Assembly: GCA_013239625.1 (NCBI GenBank) | Contig: MU054338.1 | Coordinates: forward strand, 5,122,724-5,186,723 | Reading direction: 5' to 3' | Source of the DNA: Lama guanicoe | Lineage: Eukaryota | DNA length: 64,000 nucleotides | Shown here: piece by piece, positions 37,946 through 52,972 of the stretch | Layout: each line of letters opens with the position of its first letter | Position numbering within the stretch: the first letter of the stretch is position 1 | Translations under genes and position numbers: made by a program | The notes under the pieces: model-generated | Seen by the model: only the letters and a program-made list of their open reading frames with translations | Databases searched by the model: none | What the model was told of the DNA's origin: nothing

Positions 37946-40900
37946 GCGCGCACGCACGCACCATGCACACGACGCGCGTGCACACACACGCACCCCTTCT
38001 GGCCCCTTATGCTCTTCTCGGCTCCTACCTGCAAGGCCTGCCATCTCTCACCCACCTGCTTCTGCTGCTGCCTTATCTTGAATGGCTTTATCTGGAAGCT
38101 TCTGCCTGCCACCTGGTGGCTCCGAGCCTGGAATGGGGGGCCCAAATTGGGTGGGGTGAGGGGATGAGGATGGGGGGGGCAAGTCTTAGCCTTAGGCAGG
38201 TGAAAGTCCCAGGGTCTGGGACTGGAGAAGGCCCCGGGAGAGATGTATTCCACCTCCCAGCCTGGCCCTGAGGAGCCAGCCCTGAGCCTCTGGTCCCTTG
38301 GCTGCACCCCCCAACCTCCATGGTCACCGGCAGAGCCCAGCCTCTGCTGTGCCATCTGCCCTGAATAAGAGGCTTAGAGCCAGAGCCTGGGCCCCCGGGG
38401 CGGGTGGGTCCCTCCAGGTTCCTCCTGGTGTCCTGTTCCTGCCTGCCTCCCACCCACGTCCCCCAGCCCTGTGGAGCACCCCATGCCGGGCTCTGAGTGT
38501 GGGAGGCCTCACCCCTCTTCCTTCTGCTCCGCCTCCATCCTCTCTGGGCCTCCCCTGAGGTGGGCCCAAGGCAGAGCCTGGGGTGTGAGCAGAGGGTCAC
38601 GGCACCCCCGTCCTCGCTGTGCTCAGGGACAGGTGACGCGAGCGCAGGAGGCCGAGGAGAACTACGTCATCAAGCGGGAGCTGGCCGTGGTGCGGCAGCA
38701 GTGCAGCTCAGCGGCCGAGGACCTGCAGAAGGCGCAGAGCACCATCCGGCAGCTGCAGGAGCAGCAGGTACCCAGCCGGGTGGGTGGGGCCCCCAGTGCA
38801 AGGCCAAGCCCCCACCAGGGTGCTTGCCGGGCTCTTGAGCAACTGGCTCCAAATCACCCCTGCCTCAGCACCTGGCCATCTTGTTCCTTCCTGGGGGGCA
38901 GGGGAGCCCAGAGCAGAGTGCAGTCTGCCCCAGCCCCGCTGCAGCAAGCAGCCCCACACTGGTGTGGGAGGAGAGGATCCTGTGGTTTTTATTTCCCACC
39001 ACCCAGTGGGGTGTCTGGCCTACCACACTGAGAGCAAGGCAGTCAGCCTCCCCGGCCCCTCAAGGGCCGCTGGGACAAGGCTGTCCCTGCAGGGACCCCT
39101 CCCTCCACTGATGGGGCTATGGTCCCTTGGAGGAGCCCTGGTGTCTCCCCAGAATCTGTAGGGCTGTTGGGCTGTTATCAAATGAAACCCAGGTCCACTC
39201 CCCTGACATGCACAAGGCCAATCTACCCACACTGGGTTCAAGTGAAGGAAAGTACAGCGTTTATGGCAGGGCACCAAACAAGGGAAACGGGCAGCTCACG
39301 CTCAAAAAACTGAACTCTTCATGGCTTTTAGACAAGGGTTTTTCAGCAGCGTCATGGGAGAGGGTCATAGGCTGCGAGATCAGCTCATGGATCTTCTTCT
39401 GATTGGTTGGCATTGAGGTAACAGGCTGAGCTGTCAGGAATCTCAGTCATCACCCTTCTGGTTCCAGCCAGTCTGGGGACTAAGTGCTGGTGGTCAGCAT
39501 GTAGTCACCATCATCCACCTGAGCGAGGGTCTTAGTTTTTACAGACTGACTCAAAGATCTGGTCAGATAGTTGTGTCTACTCCTTCAGGGGGAGCTTGGT
39601 GTCCTGTGACTCTATTGCTGCTTGAGTCTGCTCTGTGGAATTCAGGGGAGGCCCCACTGGGTCCTGCTCAGATTCAATCCCCTCTTTTCTTTGAAACTCC
39701 TCAACCTGAGGGGGGAAGGGGTGGGATAAGAAACGGAATAAAGTTCTGGTTAGAGAGAGTAATGATAAACTTGGCAGGGGAACTCAGTTTGAGGGGGGCT
39801 CTAAACTTTTAGGGGGACTCTAAATGGTTCAGGGTTTTGCTGGGGGCCAACTATGCAGGGTAGGAGCTGGTCTCAGGGAGCAGGCCCCCCTCCTACAGTG
39901 CCCAGCACTTTGCCCTCAAAAGAGTCTGGTCTGTGCCCACCCCTCTGAGCTGGAAGGATGGGGGAGGGGGCTGGCCAAGTCTTCGTGGGGTCATGAGCTC
40001 CGTATGGGTGGTGGGAGGGCCCGTGGGCTGGAGCACTGTCAGGAGTCCACTTCTCCCAGAGAGGGCCTTCAGAACGTTCCTTCCGCTGGACCCAGCAGGC
40101 TGCCTTCCTGATGTGATGACCCACCAGCAGCTGCAGCCCCCAAACTCAGCATGCATGCCCGAGCACACACCTTGGAGCGGCAGGGGAGGATGCTATAGGC
40201 TTCCCTGGTGCCCTGCAATCCGGGGCTGAACCCAGCAGGGCCTGGCAGTGAGGTGGGGTCTCTGATTTGGAGAAACCATAGGGTGTTCAAGAAACAATGG
40301 GTGGAGGAAAGGAAGGGTCATTTGCTGAGGAGGGCCCCCTCACCTAGGCCTGGACTGAGGGACGTGAGTTGATTCTTTGCTCTTGGGGACAGGGAGGCAG
40401 AACGTCACCATTTCTCACCTGCTTCACCTCCTGCCCCTCGACTTCCAGTGCTGGAGCCCCACCTGCTCTGAAGCAGCAAGGCCAATGGGAAATCTGAGGC
40501 TGGGCTAGTCCCACCCATGGCATGGTGACCCCTTACAGGCACGAGAGACTTCACCTGCCACCTCTGTGCTCCAGCCTTTGGGGCCTGGCGCAGGGATGGG
40601 TGCAGCAGTAGGCCACTGCAGGCAGAGGAGGGTGGTGCTGTACACATCAGTGAGGCCCTTAAGCACCGTCTCCAGAGGCCCCTGGAGGAGATGCAGCCTG
40701 GCAGAGCTTGGAAGAGGCCCCAATCTCATCTGGGCCCAGGGAGAGCCACTGGCACCCATGGGCCTCAAGGCCCACAGAGGTCCCAGGCAGCAAGCAGACC
40801 TGGGCAGCTAGGCAGGAGGCCAGTGGGGAAGGGGGTGGCAGCCGGGGGAGGGGGTGGCTGGGACAACCTCCCTGAGAACTGTCCTGCCAAGCCACCAGGG

Positions 40901-43900
40901 CAGCAAAATGCGGACCTGGCTTAGCCCTAGGGGCTTCCCTCTCCCACTAGCTAGGTCTTCTTCATTGGACCCAGGTGGCACCCATCACCCCTGTGGCCCC
41001 CTAGGGTACCTCTGAGAAGCCCTGGCACTGAGTGAGAAAGCGGTTTTGGCAAACTCTTTCCCCATCCTGAACCATTGTGAAATTTGGTGGGCAGCGGGGG
41101 GTGAGGGGGTGGAAAGGATGGGGCCGATAAAGAGAGAGGGGCAGGAGGGCCAGAGCCCTGAGCCCCACCTCCACACAACCCCCACCCTGTGGTTAGGCCA
41201 GGACCGCACAGCAGGAAGGGGCCCCCCAGAGAGCTCTTCCACCCTCCCTGCAACGATCCTGGGAACCAGTCATTGGTGTCCCTCAGGGGGCATCCTGAGG
41301 CCATGGAAGGTCCCCGCTGTGTGGTGTTCCCGGAAGGGAAGCTGGGCCCAGATGACTGCACGAGAGCCAGGACCCCTAGGCACAGAACATCAGGGCCCCT
41401 GTCGAGATCAGCTCCTCCAAGAGGGCAGAAGGCCCCGGAAGCAGATCCAGGGTTTCTCCTCACCCCCTCTCCACCCACAGCCCGAGCGACCCTCCAGGGG
41501 TCCTGGAGGTGGAGGGGGTGGGGCACGGCTGGGGACCACAGCGGCTGGCAGGAAGGCTGCCCACCTCCCGCTGCAGCCTGGGGCCTAGCCAAGCCCTCTG
41601 CCCGCCCCCAGGATAACCCACGCCTCACCGAGGACTTTGTGGCCCACCTGGAGACTGAGCTGGAGCAGTCACGGCTGCGGGAGACGGAGACTCTGGGCGC
41701 CCTGCGGGAGATGCAGGATAAGGTTCTAGACATGGAGAAGGTGCGACTGGGCGGGTGTTGGGGGAACTCTGGGGAAAGGAAGGCGAGGGTACCGCACGTG
41801 CTTTGGCAGGTGCATGAGCAGGCCCTCGCTGAGAAGGGGCGGCCAGGGGGGCCAGCAGGACAGGTCCGGGAGTCAGATCCCCTGCCCTGGCAGCCCCCGA
41901 GGAACTCAGAGCACCTCCCTGGCCCACTTGTCCCCTGCCTCCTCCACCGTGGTGTCCATACCAGGGTCTGGGCAGATGGGAAGTTCGGCCCCTCACCCCC
42001 AGACCCTCTCAAGCCCTGGAGGTATACTAACACACACACACACACACACACACACATAAAGCAGCACGACTCCACAAGGGGCACACTCGCCCTCGTGTAC
42101 CAGGCACAGGGCCAGCAGCATGGTGGCCTCATGGACTTCCTGGATTGCCCATCCTACCTGTTGTGTCTCCCTCAGGCCCTAGGTTCCAGGATGGAGAGAC
42201 GGGGAGGGAAGGCGGAGGCCCAAGCCCATCAGGGCTGCTCCCCCTCCTGGAGGAGACACCACCTAGGGGGCTGACTAGGGGCCCCCCTCTCCCACCTGCA
42301 GCCCTGCAGGGGGCACCAGGCCTCCTGGTCCCTCCCCAGCTGCTTCCACACTGACTTGCTATTGACTGAATTCCCATGGATCCTCCAGGAGAAGGGAGAT
42401 GCCTCAGCCACCAGAGGGCAGCAGGACCCACTCACACATGGGCAGAAGCCATGCCCCTCCACCTCCAAGCTGCACTATTTTGGATACCCTCCCCAGTTGG
42501 GTGTCTCTGCCATGGCCTTGTGTGGGGCCATCGGCCTCTCCATCCCCATCAGTCAGCCCGCCCAGAGCTGGGCATCCCTCCCACCTCCCTCCACATCAGA
42601 GGGAAATGTGAGCCCAGGAGATCTGCCAACCTCCCCGACTCCCAGACCTAAACAAAGGTCAGCGAGAACCTCAGGCAGTGAGCTGGCTTTTGGTCCAAGG
42701 GGCTGTAGCACAAATCTGTCATCACTGAGCTCTTGGGAGGCCAGGACAGGGCCCAGTTCAGCCCTCAGTCCGTCCCCAAGAAGACAGGTGCCAAAATCTA
42801 GTCTTCTCAGCTCCTTCTGGGGAGGGTCTGGGCCCAGAGGGGGTGATCGCAGATGCCCAGGTGGGTAGCACCTGCCCTCACCCAGCCTGCCTAGTTGTTA
42901 TTAGCAGTACCACGTTTTAGATGTCGCCCTAGGCCAGCCCTGCGAGAGTAGGTGCTGTTATTACACCCATTTTACAGACCAGGCTCTTTGGCTGGGGCAG
43001 CATAGGCGGAGTCTGCTCCTCTTGGGCCTGGTCCGAGTTACCCCAGAGCATCCTGGGGTCCAGGTTGCATCCTCTAGCCCGGAGACCCAAAGCAGGGCTC
43101 GGAGGAAAAGGGGGCCAGGGCGTGGGTCCTGCAGGAAGGGCCGGGTGGCTGCACACCTCGGCTGAGCTCTGACCGCTCCTCTCCCCGCAGAGGAACAGCT
43201 CGCTGCCGGACGAGAACAACGTGGCGAGGCTACAGGAGGAGCTGAAGGCGCTCAAGGTGCGGGAGGGCGAGGCCGTGGCCTCAGCGCGGGAACTGAAGCT
43301 GCAGCTGCAGGAGCTCTCGGACACCTGGCAGGTGAGGGCCTCGCCCGGCGCTCACGAAGCGGCCTCGGGGCTCCGGAGCCGGGGCTGACCGCCCACTTCC
43401 CCGCGCAGGCCCATCTGTCCCGCGGCGGCCGCTGGAAGGAGTCCCCACGGAAGCTGGTCCTGGGCGAGCTGCAGGACGAGCTGATGAGCGTGCGGCTGCG
43501 CGAGGCCCAGGCTCTGGCCGAGGGCCGCGAGCTGCGGCAGCGCGTGGTGGAACTCGAGACGCAGGTGGGCCGCGGCCGGTCTCGGGGAGGGGACTCGGCG
43601 TCCGGGGCAGGCCCCTCGGCTAGGCCGTGACCCGCGCCCGTCCGCCCTCAGGACCACATCCACCGCAACCTGCTGAACCGCGTGGAGGCCGAGCGAGCGG
43701 CGCTGCAGGAGAAGCTGCAGTACCTGGCGGCGCAGAACAAGGGGCTGCAGACGCAGCTCAGCGAAAGCCGCCGCAAGCAGGCGGAGGCAGAGGGCAAGGT
43801 GCCCCCTGCCCCCGCCCGCGGCCCCGCCCCGGCCCCCGCCCGCCGCGCCCCTTGATCTGCCTTGTCCCCCTTGTCCCCAGAGCAAAGAGGAGGTGATGGC

Positions 43901-44587
43901 CGTGCGCCTGCGGGAGGCGGACAGCATGGCGGCGGTGGCCGAGATGCGGCAGCGAATCGCGGAGCTGGAGATCCAGGTGAGCACCGGGGCCGGGCCGGGC
44001 CGGGCCCGGGGCGGGGCCCTGCGCTGATGCCCCGTGACCCGGCCTGCCCGCAGAGGGAGGAGGGCCGCATCCAGGGCCAGCTGAACCACTCGGACTCGTC
44101 GCAGTACATCCGAGAGCTCAAGGATCAGATCGAGGAGCTGAAGGCCGAGGTGAGCGCGGGAGGGGCCTAAGGGCCCTGGCGTCCTCGCCGTTGACGTTGA
44201 CGGGGCCGGGCGTCGGCGCCTCGGGGAGCGGGAGGCGGGTGCCCGGAGGCCAGACTCCGTCTGTGGGACGTAAGTCCACGCTTCCAGCGCGCGGGTCCCC
44301 CGCCCCAGGTGCGGCTGCTGAAGGGCCCGCCGCCCTTCGAGGACCCGCTGGCCTTCGACGGACTCGGCCTGGCGCGGCACCTGGATGAGGACTCGCTGCC
44401 GTCGTCCGACGAGGAGCTGCTGGGCGTGGGCGTGGGCGCGGCGCTGCAGGACGCGCTTTACCCGCTGTCCCCGCGCGACGCGCGCTTCTTCCGCCGTCTG
44501 GAGCGGCCGGCCAAGGACAGTGAGGGCAGCTCAGACAGCGACGCCGATGAGCTGGCCGCGCCCTATAGCCAGGGCCTGGACAACTGA
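27514..44587 (+). CDS. EVI5L: EVI5-like protein (TBC-domain Rab GTPase-activating protein with C-terminal coiled coil), full spliced CDS
   Basis: join(27514-27650, 28780-28969, 29338-29562, 29668-29742, 30362-30487, 31832-31975, 32151-32240, 33301-33398, 33481-33541, 36626-36679, [37574-37606 optional], 38627-38767, 41612-41740, 43191-43331, 43409-43564, 43652-43798, 43881-43976, 44054-44149, 44309-44587). All introns GT-AG with consistent phases; 2385 nt = 794 aa + stop (805 aa with the cassette). TBC motifs IRRDIART and GYCQG; MASPTLSPDSSSQEAL...APYSQGLDN matches my recall of human EVI5L. Confidence 0.97.
27953..28430. mobile_element. ERV-type solo LTR, copy 1 (subfamily not assigned)
   Basis: Colinear with 34812-35350 (AGTTTATTACTCACAG, CAGGAGGCAGA, CTTTACTGTGGTT, GGTTTGCA(C/T)GTG). 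Confidence 0.6.
28780..28969 (+). CDS. EVI5L: EVI5L coding exon 2 (LLEADSK...KEKLLK)
   Basis: cccag acceptor, AAG|GTGGCG donor, phase continuity. Confidence 0.95.
29338..29562 (+). CDS. EVI5L: EVI5L coding exon 3 (TBC domain start, ELIRKGIP...NVMK)
   Basis: IRRDIART arginine-finger motif; AG/GT borders. Confidence 0.95.
29668..29742 (+). CDS. EVI5L: EVI5L coding exon 4 (AYSLVDREVGYCQG...MQ)
   Basis: YxQ glutamine-finger motif; 75 nt; AG/GT borders. Confidence 0.95.
30362..30487 (+). CDS. EVI5L: EVI5L coding exon 5 (MPEEEAF...YMLQ)
   Basis: 126 nt; cctag acceptor, CAG|GTGAGC donor. Confidence 0.95.
31832..31975 (+). CDS. EVI5L: EVI5L coding exon 6 (EQLPDL...FMYE)
   Basis: 144 nt; TBC WFLTLF motif; AG/GT borders. 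Confidence 0.95.
32151..32240 (+). CDS. EVI5L: EVI5L coding exon 7 (GLEIVFR...GMSQ)
   Basis: 90 nt; AG/GT borders. Confidence 0.95.
33301..33398 (+). CDS. EVI5L: EVI5L coding exon 8 (YFQRVIP...KKMK)
   Basis: 98 nt; phase 2 donor AG|GTCAGT. Confidence 0.93.
33481..33541 (+). CDS. EVI5L: EVI5L coding exon 9 (LEKEYAAM...IEIK)
   Basis: 61 nt; restores phase 0; donor AAG|GTGAGT. Confidence 0.93.
33700..33965. mobile_element. MER21-like LTR fragment
   Basis: CCAACCCTCTAATCAC...GGGTTTTAGGAGCTCTGTGCCAGG. Confidence 0.55.
34332..34390. repeat. (TAC)n trinucleotide microsatellite, about 19 units
   Basis: Direct read. Confidence 0.95.
34812..35350. mobile_element. ERV-type solo LTR, copy 2 (same family as 27953-28430)
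   Basis: Colinear similarity with copy 1, same orientation. Confidence 0.6.
36626..36679 (+). CDS. EVI5L: EVI5L coding exon 10 (RLRTENRLLKQRIETLEK)
   Basis: 54 nt; cgtag acceptor, AAG|GTGAGG donor. Confidence 0.93.
37574..37606 (+). CDS. EVI5L: EVI5L 33-nt cassette exon (ESAALADRLIQ)
   Basis: tag acceptor, CAG|GTACCG donor, frame-preserving; accounts for the 794 vs 805 aa isoform difference I recall for human EVI5L. Not in the ORF track. Confidence 0.85.
37908..37960. repeat. (CA)11(CG)10 compound alternating purine-pyrimidine repeat
   Basis: Direct read; perfect (CG)10 at 37931-37950. Confidence 0.95.
38627..38767 (+). CDS. EVI5L: EVI5L coding exon (GQVTRAQE...QEQQ)
   Basis: 141 nt; AG/GT borders; coiled-coil composition. 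Confidence 0.95.
39173..39830. mobile_element. ERV1-like LTR remnant
   Basis: Lower-GC block starting TGTTATC with TTCTTCTGATTGGTTGG and TCTGGTTCCAGCCAGTCTGGGG, text I associate with MER41-like LTRs. Confidence 0.5.
41612..41740 (+). CDS. EVI5L: EVI5L coding exon (DNPRLTED...DMEK)
   Basis: 129 nt; AG/GT borders. Confidence 0.95.
42030..42056. repeat. (CA)n microsatellite
   Basis: Direct read. Confidence 0.95.
43191..43331 (+). CDS. EVI5L: EVI5L coding exon (RNSSLPDE...DTWQ)
   Basis: 141 nt; AG/GT borders. Confidence 0.95.
43409..43564 (+). CDS. EVI5L: EVI5L coding exon (AHLSRGG...LETQ)
   Basis: 156 nt; AG/GT borders. Confidence 0.95.
43652..43798 (+). CDS. EVI5L: EVI5L coding exon (DHIHRNL...AEGK)
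   Basis: 147 nt; AG/GT borders. Confidence 0.95.
43881..43976 (+). CDS. EVI5L: EVI5L coding exon (SKEEVMA...LEIQ)
   Basis: 96 nt; AG/GT borders. Confidence 0.95.
44054..44149 (+). CDS. EVI5L: EVI5L coding exon (REEGRIQ...LKAE)
   Basis: 96 nt; AG/GT borders. Confidence 0.95.
44309..44587 (+). CDS. EVI5L: EVI5L last coding exon (VRLLKGPP...QGLDN*)
   Basis: ccccag acceptor; TGA at 44585-44587. Confidence 0.95.
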   Translation: MRLLKGPPPFEDPLAFDGLGLARHLDEDSLPSSDEELLGVGVGAALQDALYPLSPRDARFFRRLERPAKDSEGSSDSDADELAAPYSQGLDN

Positions 44588-45791
44588 GGCCGTGCCCCGC
44601 GTGCTCGGAGCCAGGGGGCCGCCGCCCGCTCCTTCTTCGCGGGCCGCCCGCACTTAACAAACTCCGTGCCCTCGGTGGTTCCGCCCACCCCGAGGGCCAG
44701 GCCCAGCGCGGCAGGGCGCGGAGGGTTGAGCCGGAGTCTGAGGATCCTCAGAGTCCCCGGCCAGGCCACCCTCCTCAGCAGTGTTTACCCATCTTGGTCC
44801 ATACCCCTCTGGGCCCAGTTACCTGGAGCATCTGCCCCTCTTAACAGCCAGGGCAGGGGAGGACCCAGGGGTCCCAGGACTGGACGAGCAGGAAGCTCCC
44901 CTCTCCTAGCAAGCCTTCTTCTGGGACAAGGACCGCCCTGCTGGGAAGGGCCCATGAGCTAGAGGAGGTCTGAGGAAGAAGGGGCAGCTCTAGACTGGAC
45001 GTTACCACCCCACCTTGGCCCTGGGAACCCTTGGCCTCTGGGGACAGATGGCCAGGCTGGGCTTTCCTGCCTGGTGCAGGCATTGTGGCCCCTGCAGCAG
45101 AAACCAAAGTCCCCCTGCTGTGTGCAGGGCCAGATGGGGGTGGTGAGTGGCCAACTGGAACCAGCAAGGGCCAGGGAAGTGTCTGCCCCTGCTTCTTGGG
45201 GGCCAGAGCAGCTGTAAGGAAATGAAGCTACACCCCCACCCCTGCCATGCCCCACATCTTCCTCCATGAGACACTCCCATCACCCCATCTTGGCTAGTGA
45301 TGGATGGGCTCTCCCACCCAGGCTAGCCTCCTCTCCAGGGGGTCCCCAGCCTGCACTTCCCTTCCTTCCCTGCCCCCAGCCCCACCCTCTGGCCAGGGCC
45401 TGGTCGCAGGGGAGGAGGCCTCTCAGCAGAGTTGCCTCGCCACACCTGCTCATGGTGGTCCCGTGGTCTCTGCTAAGTCAGAACCAAGAACGGTGCCAAA
45501 GTCCAACAATGCCCCCAGACCCTGATCCCCTGGGGCCTCATGACCCTCGGGATGACCCTCTCGGTGCTCCCAGAGCCTAGAGCAGCATCACAAGCAGAAT
45601 CCCTGGCGCTTCCTGGGGTGGGGATCCATGCTGAGTCCCCCCTTCCCGGTTGCCCACTCCTCAGTGTTACAAAGCCTGGGGACCAGGGTGGGCATCCAAG
45701 GGGCTCTCCCACGTGCCCCCCACACTGCCCACCATCATTTTGCACACTGCCTGTTCACACTCCACATGTCGCCCAGGCGGGAAAGATGGAA

Positions 45792-45797
45792 AATAAA
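45792..45797 (+). terminator. EVI5L polyadenylation signal
   Basis: AATAAA about 1.2 kb after the stop codon; the first I found downstream of it. Confidence 0.8.
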
Positions 45798-48697
45798 GTG
45801 TATTTACACAGTCATGGACAAGGGACACTGAGAGGGGCAGGCCTGGGGGTGGGGGTGGGTCCAGCAGCATGGGTCCCCAGCCCCTCATCCGGTGAAGCAG
45901 TGGGGAGGACAGCAGGCTGTCCTAGCCTTTGGGAGCCTCCCACAGCCTAAGAGTATCAGGGGTAGAGGTCATAGCAGGCCAGTAGGGGGACCAAAGAGGC
46001 TGCCCAGTTGGGGGTGCAGCATGGGAGAGGAAAGGACATTCCCGGGCTCCATGTGAGCCCAAATGTGAGGGTTGGAAGAGACAGTATTGGAGGAAGCCAC
46101 CGAGGACCTAGGATGTCAGACTTATAGACAGAGCCTTAGAGCATGGCATTTTCAGAAGGGTGGCTCTGGCGATGGTGAGGACAGGGAGTGGGGAGGCAGG
46201 ATTTCCTACCTGAGCAATTCAACTGGGACCTCCCCCTGAGAGACCAGGAAGAATGAGGGGTCTTGGGGCTCCAGGAAGATTCATGGTCTAGTTTCATTCA
46301 GCACACACTTCCTGGGGCCTTTGGGGTGCTCTGCTCCTTGCCTGGCTCTGAGGGGTCCCAAGCGGAGTGGGGAAGAGAGACACTAGGGGGGCTCAGCCTG
46401 GGTGTAAGTGTGGCAAGTGCCCAATAGGCGAATGTATACGAAAATCAGGGAAGGCTTCCTGGAGGAGGTGGGGGGGGAGCCATTTCCCAGAGCAAAAGCA
46501 TAAAGAAGAGACATGGCAGGGACCAGCAAGAGGCACTTGATGTCTGTGAAGAAGGAACAGGAGAGTATGGGCATGGCCAGACCAGGAAGGGGCTTCTCTA
46601 GTCAGGAGAAAGTTTCCACTTTGAACTGAGGGCACTGGGGAGCCATGGAGGGCTTAGGTGACAGGGGCACCATCAGATGGACTGAAGTGTTGGGGGTCAG
46701 TTCAGAGACAAAACTGAACCAGACAGTGGAGACAGTGAGTGGGGACTCCCCTGGGGGAAGAAGACCTAGAGAGGCAGTGTCCTGCATGGGGTTCCCCATG
46801 GAGCTGAGGCAGAGTCCCAGCCAGTGCAGGGGGATAGAGCCAGGGATGACAAAGGAAGGTCTTCTCAGGGGGAGACATTAATTGGGCCCATCCAGATGCC
46901 AGCCAGGCCCTGCCCTCTACACCCAGTGTGGGACCAACTCTGCTGCCTGATATGTGCCGAGCAGCAGAGGATGACACTGGTTATACACCAAGACAGCCGA
47001 GTCCCACCTAGTGTTCTGTCACACAGTGGCTCCTGGGGGTCCATGCACTACTCCCCTCACACAGACTTAACACCTCACACTGGTTTAACACTGAGCCCTG
47101 ACAGCTGCTGTCTGCCTCTCCTGCTCCCATGGGGTAACTCCACCCGGCTGGCTCCCAGGATGGGCAGGGCCTCAGGGAAACTGAGGTTCTGCCCTGCTCT
47201 CTCTCAGGGGCTGGCCTTGGAGTCCTGGCTGCCCAGCATGTCAGGAGTCAGCCCCCTACCCTCGCGCTTGTCTCAGCTTCTAGAAACAAGGACGCTTGGG
47301 TTCCTCACCGGGGTTCAGCTTGGAAAGGAAACCTCTAATTTGCCACTACTTGGCTCCCAGGGGTGTCCCAGTGGGACAGGGCCGATTTCTTTTCAGACCC
47401 TAGATTGGGAGGCAGCACTTCTTGGGTGTGAACAGGCAGGACTTAGTGACTTGTGTCTGACAGGAACCCGCCTACAGGACGGACTGCAGGGACTGGGTCT
47501 AGGGGCAGAGACAGGGCTAAGGGCCTGACGCAGGGTTCTGCTCTGTCCTACCTACCCGAGGGTTGTGGTTCCCCTTAGGCCTTCATCGTTCTTGGTGTGA
47601 AGCAGGACACCTTCAGGGAGGGAAGAAGACCCAGGGCGAGGGGTGTTTCCCACAGGGGCACTTGGGAAGAAGGAGGGCCCAGGGCTGGGGTTTGAGGGAT
47701 CCAGGATCAGGGGGACAGAACTGTGGGAGGAAGGGAAGGAATTCAGACTGGGGGAGGCAAGTGAAGACATGGGTTGGCTCTGGTGAGGACCCTTGACTCT
47801 GGGGCAGAGGCAAGGATGCCTGGCTGGAGGGGCTTGGGGAGGACACCCTAGGTTAAGGTGAAGGATGAAGCCCAAGGTTGGGAGGCACAGGGGAGTATGG
47901 TGAGGGCACCTGGAGAGGAGTGGACAAGGGGAGGGCTGCCCGATCTCCCACCCAGCCTTGGAAGAGTTTGCTCCTTCCAGCAGGCCCCTCCTAGTGAGTC
48001 TGCCTAGAAGGCAGGGAATCCTCTTTATGAGCTCTGGACCCACCTGCGGGCCTGCCCTTTGCATTGCAGCCTCCTTGGCAAGCAGAAGGCAGTGCACCCT
48101 GGTTGGAGGCTCTGGAGGGACCTGAGATTGCCATCAATGTCAGGCCACCCCTATCTCCTTCCCATACCCCAGGGCATGCAAAGTAAGGGGGTGCACACTG
48201 TAAGGAAGGACCTCAGGAAGGGGCCCCCTCACCCTCTCCTGGGATTCAAGCAAACCCTTCCCACGTGTCTTCCCCTACCCCCAGGAGTGCCAGCTCCCCT
48301 GGCCTGGCGTGGGAAGAGAGCTTGGTCATCTGGCCATGCCCCAGCTCATCCACTTGGTCGCGCGTCACCACCTGGGCCCCTCCTGCACCTAACATTTCCA
48401 TCAGAAGCCGGGCATGAAAAAGCCTATGTTCCCGCATGCGGGTGGGTGCGCCTCGCTGGGCCGGGACTCAGCATTGCCCAGTCGCACCCCAGCCCCTCCT
48501 CGCGCACCCCTGTCCTTAGTGGAAAAGACCCACGGCTGCGGAGTGCACGGAAGGCCTTCAACCAGAGCTACAACCTGCTCGCGAACAGCTGCCAGCACAG
48601 CCTGGCCCGGCCCTGCACAGCCCCGCCGTCAGCTCCAACAGGGCTTCCTCAGTCTGCGACTGCGAAGGCGAAAGTGCACAGGCTTCAGTTTTCCAGC

Positions 48698-48703
48698 TTT
48701 ATT
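48698..48703 (-). terminator. PRR36 polyadenylation signal
   Basis: TTTATT on + strand (AATAAA on -), about 230 nt past the stop. Confidence 0.8.
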
Positions 48704-48931
48704 GGAAACTAGGGCTGCGCGTGGTAGACAAAACACTGGACACCCGTAGGGCCTAGGCCAAGGGAGGGGCAGGGCTTGAGGGGAGGGCTTTTGGCCAAAG
48801 ATGTGGGTGAGTCGCAAGGGTGGACCAAAATTCTAGGGCTCTAGCGGGCTGAGACCAATCCACTGGGAGGGGGACTCCAAGAGAGGAGAGGGAGAGATCT
48901 AAGACAAAGAGGTGTAACCTGAGGGTCTGGC

Positions 48932-52433
<3,502 letters not shown>

Positions 52434-52972
52434 TCAGCATCCGAGGTCCTGGACCTCTGCACTGCCTGCAGGGACCTGGGTCCTGGCACCTCTCAGCTCC
52501 TTCCCCAGCGTCGCCACCCATGAGCGCCCAAACCTCTGCCTCTGTCCACTTCCTTCCCACCCACCCACGGCTCACCATCGCAGCTGCTCACGGCTGTCCC
52601 CAAGTCCTGCTCTCACCGCCTTCCTCCAGGCCCAGCCTGCCTCAGCCCACCTCCCTCTCCCGCCTCATCTCCCTTTCCTGATCCGAAATCCACCCCCTCA
52701 TCCCCTTGGGGAACCTGACCACCATCCTCGGGGACAGAGGGCTGCCACAGGTTCCAGATGAGAGGGACGGGAGAGCACGCCCAGGACTCCTTGCGAGGCC
52801 CCAGCGCCGCCCCGGGCCTCCCTGAGGGATGCAGGCACCTGCCGGGAGGAGGAGCGGCCCCGGCTGCCCGCGAACGGACTCGGGGAGACAAAGACCCGCT
52901 TCCCGAGCTCGTCCCCTCCCCCAGCTGGGCCCTGGGCCGCGCCGCCTGTCCACCTGCTGGCGCCGAGCTCAC

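Larger units (their letters stand above)
43050..44730. promoter_or_regulatory. CpG island over the last six EVI5L exons
   Basis: Very high CpG density in exons and in the short introns between them. Confidence 0.8.

Noticed and set aside
37474..38355. 293-aa minus-strand ORF with RARARARVCVCV
   Set aside because: Translation of the (CA)n(CG)n repeat and GC-rich intron.
40951..42274. Overlapping 393-aa (-) and 361-aa (+) ORFs
   Set aside because: Only 41612-41740 is a recognisable exon; the rest runs through intron and a (CA)n repeat.
43352..44380. 342-aa antisense ORF
   Set aside because: Shadow of GC-rich EVI5L exons within a CpG island.
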